From Macrostomum lignano (Eukaryota), in contig NIVC01001902.1 in assembly GCA_002269645.1 (NCBI GenBank), positions 82,893-146,892 on the forward strand: DNA of 64,000 nucleotides, read 5' to 3'. The first letter of the stretch is position 1, and each line of letters starts with the position of its first letter. Below, in pieces: positions 37,770-47,400 of the stretch. Under the pieces are notes generated by a model. The model worked only from the letters and a program-made list of their open reading frames with translations. It had not been told where the DNA came from and did not search any database. A program made the translations under genes and the position numbers.

Positions 37770-38822
37770 CCATTGAGCATAGATTAGCAATCCATGGTAT
37801 AGCTCTTCATCTATTGGGCATAGATTAGCAATCCATGATGTACTTTCTCATCCATGGGGCATAAATTAGCAATCCATGATGTACTGCCTCATCCATTGGG
37901 CATAGATTAGCAATCCATGATGTACTGCCTCATCCATTGGGCATAGATTAGCAATCCATGATGTACTGCCTCATCCATTGGGCATAGATTAGCAATCCAT
38001 GATGTACTGCCTCATCCATTGGGCATAGATTAGCAATCCATGATGTACTGCCTCATCCATTGGGCATAGATTAGCAATCCATGATGTACTTTCTCATCCA
38101 TTGGGCATAGATTAGCAATCCATGATGAACTTTCTCATCCATGGGGCATAGATTAGCAATCCATGATGAACTTTCTCATCCATGGGGCATAGATTAGCAA
38201 TCCATGATGTACTGCCTCATCCATTGGGCATAGATTAGCAATCCATGATGTACTGCCTCATCCATTGGGCATAGATTAGCAATCCATGATGTACTGCCTC
38301 ATCCATTGGGCATAGATTAGCAATCCATGATGTACTGCCTCATCCATTGGGCATAGATTAGCAATCCATGATGAACTTTCTCATCCATGGGGCATAGATT
38401 AGCAATCCATGATGTACTGCCTCATCCATTGGGCATAGATTAGCAATCCATGATGTACTGCCTCATCCATTGGGCATAGATTAGCAATCCATGATGTACT
38501 GCCTCATCCATTGGGCATAGATTAGCAATCCATGATGTACTGTCTCATCCATTGGGCATAGATTAGCAATCCATGATGTACTGCCTCATCCATTGGGCAT
38601 AGATTAGCAATCCATGATGTACTGCCTCATCCATTGGGCATAGATAAGCAATCCATGATGAACTGCCTCATCCATTGGGCATAGATAAGCAATCCATGAT
38701 GTACTTCTTCACCCATTGGGCATAGATTAGCAATCCATGATGTACTTTCTCATCCATTGGGCATAGATTAGCAATCCATGGTATAGCTCCTCATCTATTG
38801 AGCATAGATTAGCAATCCATGA
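37770..38822. repeat. 41-bp minisatellite (CATTGGGCATAGATTAGCAATCCATGATGTACTGCCTCATC)
   Basis: Period of 41 measured. Confidence 0.97.
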
Positions 38823-39384
38823 TGTAGTTGAGCAGAAACTGGTCCAGCTACAGTCACAGAGCTTCCATCAAGCAGGCTCGCTAAAATTCATCATAAATTT
38901 CATAATAAATTTAAGTGGCTTAATTCCAGAGCTTCTAGATTTTATCGATGTATTGAGAAATTTTTGAGTAGACTATCGGTTATATGTTTACTAATTGTTT
39001 AAACTGACTAGCGCTTCCAATAGCCAAGCATTGGCCACGATTTCTTGTTTCATTTCTCTTCACTACATTCAATATTTTGCCAATTGTTTTGTTGTCAACT
39101 TTTTGTTAGTTATTAATTAACAATTATTAGTTTGTCAGTATTTTTCATCGCTGCAATATTTTTTCATATCTCCCTAACTCTGTTTTGCCTTCCACAGAAA
39201 TTTATGCATGCCAAATTTCCCTAGAATACAAAATTAAAAGCTCAGTTTAGATTATTAAATTTCTCTAATGCTGCAACTTTGTTCTTTGATTTTGCTGATG
39301 CAGACTGTTTCTGCATCAGAGACTAAAATAGATATATTCTTTTTTGTCTTGCTTTTATTTTTCTGTTCTGCTTTGTGTCATCAG

Positions 39385-39690
39385 GATAGGAGTACTTTGT
39401 GTCATCTAAATAAGAGTACATTGTGTCATCTAAATAAGAGTACATTGTCATCAGAATAGAAGTACATTGTGTCATCTAAATAGAAGTAGATTGTCATCAG
39501 AATAGAAGTACATTGTGTCATCTAAATAGGAGTACATTGTCATCAGAATAGAAGTACATTGTGTCATCTAAATAGGAGTACATTGTCATCAGAATAGAAG
39601 TACATTGTGTCATCTAAATAGGAGTAGATTGTGTCATCAGAATAGGAGTACATTGTGTCTCCTATAGGTCATCTAAATAGGAGTAGATTG
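39385..39690. repeat. Alternating 22/24-bp minisatellite (GTACATTG(TG)TCATC...AATAG)
   Basis: Direct reading. Confidence 0.88.
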
Positions 39691-40985
39691 TCAGAATATA
39701 AGAGGAGCACGACTAAAGTGCTTTCGAGGCGTCCCTGGGCATCCTGCATGATCACAAGTCCAGGGCACCGGAAGGACTAGAATGATGAATAGATCGAGCT
39801 CGACTGAGTTGCTTGCTATGTCTGTCTTGAAGACAAGAGACACTAATTGCATTGCATGAGATGCATTGCTTTACTCGTAATTAGACCTGCTAGACTCGCC
39901 CCAAATTTTGTTTTGTTATTGTCCCCGGGGGCAGCAGCAGCTTCAAATATGCGAGCAACTAGTTGGTTTGCTTAAAAGAAACCAAATTCGCAATCTACTT
40001 TTAAACAGGGCTGTTTTGCTAACCTACCATTTGTGTGCCAGTTAGTTTGCAGGGCGTCAAATAAAACTCCAACTCCGTTAGCCTTGAGCACACAGATATA
40101 TAAGTACATGTACGCAGGCACGCTCTATCGATGGATGTACAGCCGTCCTGACTCTCCTATCGTCAGGCAGTGTACACTCTCTATGCCTCGGGCGGGCTGG
40201 CCAACATGGAATGGAATTGTGCAACGAACCCCGGGCCAAATTATTGTGGCCGGGCCTGGAGAGTCGACCCTGAGTACTTCGGTACAAGTGTCAGACTTTT
40301 ATGAGCCATTGGCACAGCATCACCGAGAAAGAAAGAGACAGTGAGGAGGGGGCACAGTGCGAATCTTGCGCTAACTTGAAGTGCATCTGAGAATTTTCCA
40401 TTTAGAATTGTTTACCGCACTCGGAATTGGAAAATTCCACAGGCCATGCAGCCCCTTCAATTTCAATGGAATAAAAAAGTGGTCCGATGCGGATACCACA
40501 GAGAGACGCGATGCGAGATGAGTGCGGGCACAATCTGTATAAATAGGATAGAAGTTGAGAGTAGAAATGCGCCGCTATAAACTGGTTAAAGAACTGTTTT
40601 AAGCGGACTGCTCACTACCGGCACTGCTGCGCTGCTTTCTGCTAATCGCTGCTAACAACAGAGGAGGTAGGTGAAACTTTTGAATTTTTTTCTTTTTGAT
40701 TATGTTTTTTTATTTCCGACTGATTTTGATCAAAATATCGGTTTATATTCTAACAAATTCGAACTTGGAAGAACTTGAAAGATGATTCATTTTTGCTGTG
40801 TAATCGCAGAGCTTCATGACCTCTGATCATGCAGCGACTTTGTCTCACAACCAGCACTGAGGCAACTCTGCCCATTCCGCTGGACTCCTAAGGACATACA
40901 AGCGCGCCGATACTGTACGCAGGCACGCACTCATACACACGCTCACACAGGGTGTACAGCGGCCCTTTGACTTTCTAATCGTCAG

Positions 40986-41706
40986 GCTTGATGTCCTGCT
41001 GCCCCAGAGTCGTGGCGCCGAGAAAAGGCCTTTAGCAAACAACTTACCAAAGTGCTTTGCAAATCTTCTGATGCTAGGAGTTCCTCTTGAGATTCTCGAC
41101 GGCGACGCTGGAAACATCCCGTCTGCCTGGATCTCTGCTATCCTCAACAGCTGCCAGGAGCTGGTCGGTGACAAGAAGATCTACGTTATCTCCGTGCTCG
41201 GTCTGCAGAGCTCAGGCAAGTCCACTCTGCTCAACACCATGTTCGGACTGAAGTTCGCAGTGAGCGCAGGTCGCTGCACTCGAGGCGCATTTCTGCAGCT
41301 GGTTCCGGTGGAGTCGGGAATGCCGTTCGACTATGTCGCTGTGCTCGACACCGAGGGTCTTAGAGCTCCGGAGCTGGGTCTGGACAAGCATCACCATGAC
41401 AACGAGCTGGCTACACTGGTCCTCGGACTGGGCGACGTGACCATCATCAACATCAAAGGAGAGAACGCTGCGGAGATAAATGAGATTCTGCAGGTTGCGA
41501 TTCACGCCTTCATCAGGATGAAAATGGCAAAGAAAGATCGAGATCTGCACAGACACTGCATCTTCATACACCAGAATGTAGCAGCGGCTGGAGCAGAAGA
41601 GATGATGCAGGAAGCGACATTTTGTAACTTTGTAACGTTCTACCTTTTGCTTAATATGCCCGCACTCTTTATAAAGTTTAGTTACATCTGCAATACCATG
41701 TTTTAG
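40986..41706 (+). pseudogene. Partial VLIG/GVIN copy: G-domain only, open frame (pseudogene or alternative exon)
   Basis: GLQSSGKSTLLN (G1), AVSAGRCTRG (G2), DTEG (G3); 41077-41621 is near-identical to 46736-47280; possible acceptor ttctaatcgtcag at 40985. Confidence 0.8.
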
Positions 41707-42489
41707 TTCTGATGCCAGCTATTGAAAAGCTTATGTACTTTCATGTAAGTTAATTTAACAACTTAGTGATTATCTAAAAGGAACAAATATTAATGAATTC
41801 GCTAATTACCTGTACTACTGATCAATTCAATAGTAACTGCACTATAATTTTAATCCAACCATAGCCTACTGTACACTCATATGTGCTCAACAGTTTCCTT
41901 GATTACTAATCTAATACTACGAGTATCATCTCACTTCAAAACGAGTCCTAATTCGGGTGTTTCTATCTGTTTATTTGGTTTTATTTATTTCTTTGTATTC
42001 CTTGAATTATGAAGTACGTAAGGTACAGTGTATAATAGTTTTCTTGAAAGCAGTTTATTCGCTATGGATATAGATTTATTAACATTTAGGAAACAAAGTC
42101 CGTGTTTTAATCGATTTTGATGAACCGAAACCATCCCAAAATTAATTTTCAGTTCCTGCTGTTTAATAGCCTGAAACAAGTCGATACAGACACATGGCAG
42201 AGGGGCATTCAAGATGCCCCTGGTGCAGCGAACCGGTTCTCCGTGCTGACTCTCAGAACGCAGCCGGCCTTAGCTGGCACAAACGCTGCCTGCGGCGCGG
42301 TAACGGTAAGTGAACCAACGATCGTGGCAGTCTGACCAGTTACGAGCTAGCTTTTATATCATACCGCACACTTTTGCCTACACCTGCATATTTAATGCGC
42401 AGCACTTTATAAAAATTCTGAATCTGTAAGAGGTCACTGTTTTTGTTATTTTACATTTGGATAGTTACTGACTTCGTAGTTACGAGGGC

Positions 42490-44230
42490 CCCTATCGCAA
42501 CCCCAAGGTAAAAGAAACCAAGGCTTATCCCTGGGGTAGCGCCCAGCCCCCGCCAGTAGTCGGCAGGTTCGCTGAGGGGGCATCGGCGATATTCATCGGG
42601 TCGGTATCTCGAACGAAGACGAAGAGATCACGGATGTCGACCAGCAAGATTGTCAGCTCGTCCATCCACTGGAGTTTGTCGAGGTGTTTGTACCGCGCCT
42701 TATTGAAGTAAGGGCAGAAGGTGACGTGATGCTCCGCGGTCTCCTCTTCTATGCCACAAAAGACGGTCGGTCTATGCCTCGAGGTCGGTTCTGCTAAGTG
42801 AGATCAGATAATCTGCAGAGACTTTCCTGTTCTGGTTAGGCATTGTAGACCGGGTCTGCCTGTAGTCGGTGCAACTGTTCTAGTGGAGTTTGTGTTGCTG
42901 GTGGAGCCACCTGGATTTGCGACCTAGGCTGAGTAGCCTCATCCGATGTTGGTTGCGGTCTTGGTTGCTGCCCTCTTTGGTGAGAGAATCTGCGAGCTCG
43001 TTGCCCAGGATATTGTTGTGACCGGATGTCCAGATGGTACTCGTACTGCAGACTGGCTTTAGTAGAGGTGAGAGAAGGCTTGACCACTACACAGCTTTGA
43101 GTGTCAATATATATTTAGTGATCGATATTTGTGTGGGGTGGACTTGCGCCGCGCGGGGGGCGGCGGGAAGTCAGCCGTCGGCAGGTGCTTGAGGTCCATG
43201 ATGCGGCGCATACCTGCACCTGCTGCTGGAACATCAGCTCAGCAGGGGCCGCTCCAGTGTTTGTGTGCGGCGTGCTTCGGTAGGCCTCCAGCCAGTTTTA
43301 GAGTTGAACCAGTCGGATTTCTCAATGCTCGCGATGCTTTTTGATGGATGGTTGATGCGCTCGATGACTCAATTTGCTGCTGGCTGCTGGTGATGGGCGC
43401 TTTTGTTGCAGAGGAAGTCGTGGTAGGCTTGCGAGCTGAACGGAGGCCCGTTGTCTGAGACGAGCTGCGCTGGTCTGCCGAACGTGGAGAATAGCTTCCT
43501 TCCGTAGCTGCTTTGTGACGGCCTCGGCTGTCATGGACGACATGCGTACTACTATCTGGTAGCGGGAGAAATGGCGAGTAGATGCTTGTTTTGCACTGAC
43601 CTAGTGAAATAGGTTGTTTTTTATGAGGGCGATGGCCCTGGGGGTGTCGTTCACACAATGATACAGAGCCTGATAGCCTGGAGGCTTTCCCTTGGGGTTG
43701 TACCGCTCCTGGATGAGGTAGATGTCAACATCCTTGTTGCCAAAGGTGTCTGAAAGGTTTTTAGAAGCTGCGAAAGCGAGGTTCAGGTTGATCTGAATAA
43801 TGTACAGGTTAACTGGTTGCTTCGTCGCAGGCGGTTTATTTATCTGGTTGCGTGTGGCAGTGTCACCATTCGGCTGGCCTGCAGGGTTCGCCTCGGAGTC
43901 TTGCCCCTAGCTTGGCACAAGGTTTGGAACGGCATGACTCGTCCCCAGAGCGATCCGATCTCGCAAACTCCCCTCGGCGACGATCTCCGGCTGGGCGACG
44001 CCTGGGCAGCAGTTGGAAGACAATGCCGGTGTAGGCAGAAAAAATCGCTTTTCTTCAGAGCGTCTGCCCACCCGCGGAGAAACTCTTGTACAGGCCAGGG
44101 TTTTGCCAGGGCGTCTTTTAACTGAATCTACTGAATTCTGTCCTAAGGTAGGTCGGGGTTCTTGCTGAGGAGCAGAGCTCGGGTCGCCCCGATGTTTCTT
44201 GAGCCACGAGGCTCAACGAGTCAACGTTTA
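42490..44230 (-). mobile_element. Degenerate LOA/R1-like non-LTR retrotransposon lacking RT
   Basis: Minus-strand motifs: LLSKNPDL (ORF1 end, ~44170); IIQINLNL...DVDIYLIQE (APE endonuclease, 43605-43816); IWTSGHNNILGNELADSLTKEG (RNase H, ~42970-43040); FCGIEEETAEHHVTFCP (zinc knuckle, ~42700-42770). Confidence 0.8.
43140..43575 (-). mobile_element. Gypsy-type integrase core fragment embedded in the LINE
   Basis: FSRYQIVVRMSSMTAEAVTKQLRK / LFSTFGRPAQLVSDNGPPFSSQ / VIERIN / AYRSTPHTNTGAAPAELMF across frameshifts. Confidence 0.78.
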
Positions 44231-44482
44231 GAGGGGCGACTTTATTATCATTAACTATAGTTAATTTAATTTAATTTAAGTCGCTTTCTGGGAATAAAAC
44301 TTAACGACTATCTGTAGAAAGTAAAACAGTGAAAATTGCTTGAAAATTCCCACGAGTACTGTATGTTCTCAAGAAAGACAATTAGAAAACAACTGCGTAA
44401 ATACCTTTTCTGAGAATATACGCTCGTACCAGCGTATTTACCGCACGACTTGTGCACAATAGATTCTCAACTTTTATACAGC

Positions 44483-47400
44483 ATGCAAGAGACAGCATTT
44501 CCATTGACAATTTTAGATGCAGAGGTCCGTCTATCAAATGCTGCATTGAAGGCCAAGGAAATGCTTTCGGAAAAGCATCCTGAATATGCATCCACTGCGT
44601 TTCTGAACGTTATAGAGTCGTATTTAAGAAAGAAAAATATTGTTACATTGGACTCATTAGAAGCCATCGACTATGAGCTGATTAGGAAGCTCGCTGGAGA
44701 TGAGGAAAGCAACCAAGTCTTGACGGATCTCTTTACTAAGCTGCATAAAATTATTAGGCCAACCAGTTCTATCGCAGACAGAAAGAAAATGTTTGAGGCA
44801 ATGACGCAACAAAATTCAAAGAAGCGATTCAGCACAATAAAGCAATCTGTTCCGGTACAGAAAGAGTTGGGTACATCGTCGACTACTCAACAATCGCTAC
44901 CGCTATCCCCAAGGCCAGTGTCGAAGCTTGAACTTCCAGCGCCACCTGTTCCTACTCCTCGAAAAAGACAAGGCTCGATGCCAAATCGACCAAATGTCAA
45001 CCCGCAGTCAACAACACCACGAGTTGCAGAACCGAGAAAGCCAAAGCAATTTGGATCAGTTCAAGAAACTGTTGAACATCTCGGGCTGAAGTCTTATTAT
45101 CCAGAGAGAATCTCGCGCAAGGACGTTCTTTTCGTCAGGAGAAGCCAAGACGAGCGCAGAAATTTGAAAGAAAACTCCGTTGCCTGGCAAGTCATCCGCG
45201 CACTCATCAGCTGCGACGCACAGGGGAGAAATTTGGTTTCAGAGACGACGGCACCGGCTTTACCGAAAAAAATGTCACTTTTAAACCTCGAGGACGATGA
45301 TGAAGGCAGCTCTGAGAATGAGCTGAACCCGATGGATATCTTACTTGCGAGCTACCTCTGCTGTGACAAAGAGGTGCAACAGATGCTCTGCAAAGCTTTG
45401 TTTGCTTGCAAGCTGGCTTTCCCATTCATCTATTCAACTGTTGGGAAGCCTCTGGTCATGGGCAGCTGGAGCCTGAAAGACATTGTAGTTCAGTTCATTA
45501 ACGAAAATGGCCAGTACATAGAGACCAGCCTGATGACAGATTATCATTTCCCGGTGGTATCATTTGTGAGGATCGGAGATTTGCCTGTGTCCAAGTCCAA
45601 GTTGCTGAACTCCCTACTCAATGGCACCAGTCATGAGACGTTCTTCCACAGAGACTGCACCAACGGCCACGCGCGCAGAGTCTGCAGCAATGGACTCGTT
45701 GAGGCCACCGTGTTTCTGCCGTCCAGAAACAATAAACTGACTCGAGCCTTCTTGGCAACAAACCTCAGAGGTGACTTGCTGGATTTTCGAGACAAATATC
45801 AGGTTTTAACTTCGGCCTCCAAAGTTTTAGTTGTCTTTGTGGACGTCAGCACCCTTTCACAGCCCGAGTGCTTCAGCCAGCTTCAAAGCATGTCAAAAAT
45901 CAAGGAATTGGAAGTGATAGTGGTTCTCTACAGATCTCAAACACTCACAAATCCGTTGAGTAGCGAGTCGATGAGCATCCTTAAATCATTTTCCTGCGTT
46001 GACACAAAGAAAGGAAGACCAGAGCGTGAAGTAGTTGGCGAAATCCATCAAAGGCTTTCAGAGTCATTGGCAAAGGACGGTATGGAGCAGAAAGCTATCG
46101 GAGAAATCAAAGTTGACTTTGATGACGGTTCTCTCGTTTCTCAGGCAAGACAGCTTTGCAGCTTCATCTTTGCAGAGGTAACGAAATGCGGAATCATGAA
46201 CTTAAAGAAGAAGCATCTTCCTCTGCAAGAAAAATGGATGGACTACAGTCGCCACTACAAAAAAGAAAACTCTTCTAAGGCAACAGATGAAGCAAAGTTA
46301 GAAGCTCAGCATCAGCGTTTTAAAGCCAGACGCCAGCAAATGGGTCTGTACGATCAACTCAGCCCCATTATGGAGGAGTTTCTTACCACACTGACAAAGA
46401 TTGCTGACAATGAGCTTCTGGTTAAGCTTTGGCTTCAGTGTATTCGATCTTTCTTCGACACTTCTAGAGAGCATTTGCCAAAGCTTCAAAAAATGCAGAA
46501 GGAATTGCGGCAGCAAAAAGAAACTGCAGATGAATCATCCCTAACAACGATAGATGATCAGCTCAAAGAACTTGGCCATCAAATACTGCTTGCTTCAATT
46601 GGCCTGGAAAACCTATTCAGAGAGGCGGGCCAAGTCTACGAGGCCAGTTTAGCAGCCTCTTTAGAAAACGCAAAGACTTTCCGAGCGCTTGACATCAATC
46701 TGTTTCCACGCGTGATGGCCAAACTCTTGCTGTGCGGAGTTCCTCTTGAGATTCTCGACGGCGACGCTGGAAACATCCCGTCTGCCTGGATCTCTGCTAT
46801 CCTCAAGAGCTGCCATGAGCTGGTCGGTGACAAGAAGATCTACGTGATCTCCGTGCTCGGTCTGCAGAGCTCAGGCAAGTCCACTCTGCTCAACACCATG
46901 TTCGGACTGAAGTTCGCAGTGAGCGAACGTCGCTGCACTCGAGGCGCATTTCTGCAGCTGGTTCCGGTGGAGTCAGGAATGCCGTTCGACTATGTCGCGG
47001 TGCTCGACACCGAGGGCCTGAGAGCTCCGGAGCTGGGTCTAGAAAAGTATCACCATGACAACGAGCTGGCTACATTGGTCATCGGACTGGGCGACGTGAC
47101 CATCATCAACATCAAAGGAGAGAACGCTGCGGAGATGAATGAGATTCTGCAGATTGCGATTCACGCCTTCATCAGGATGAAGATGGCAAACAAAGATCGA
47201 GATCTTCACCGACATTGCATTTTCATACACCAGAATGTAGCAGCGGCTGGAGCAAAAGAGATGATGCAGGAGGCGACATTCAAGATACAACAGAAACTCG
47301 ACAACATGGCGAAGGAGGCGGCTGAAGAAGAAGGTCTCCATGACGTGAAGCGTTTCGGAGACATTTTGCAGTTCAACAGAGACACCGATATTTTCTTCAT

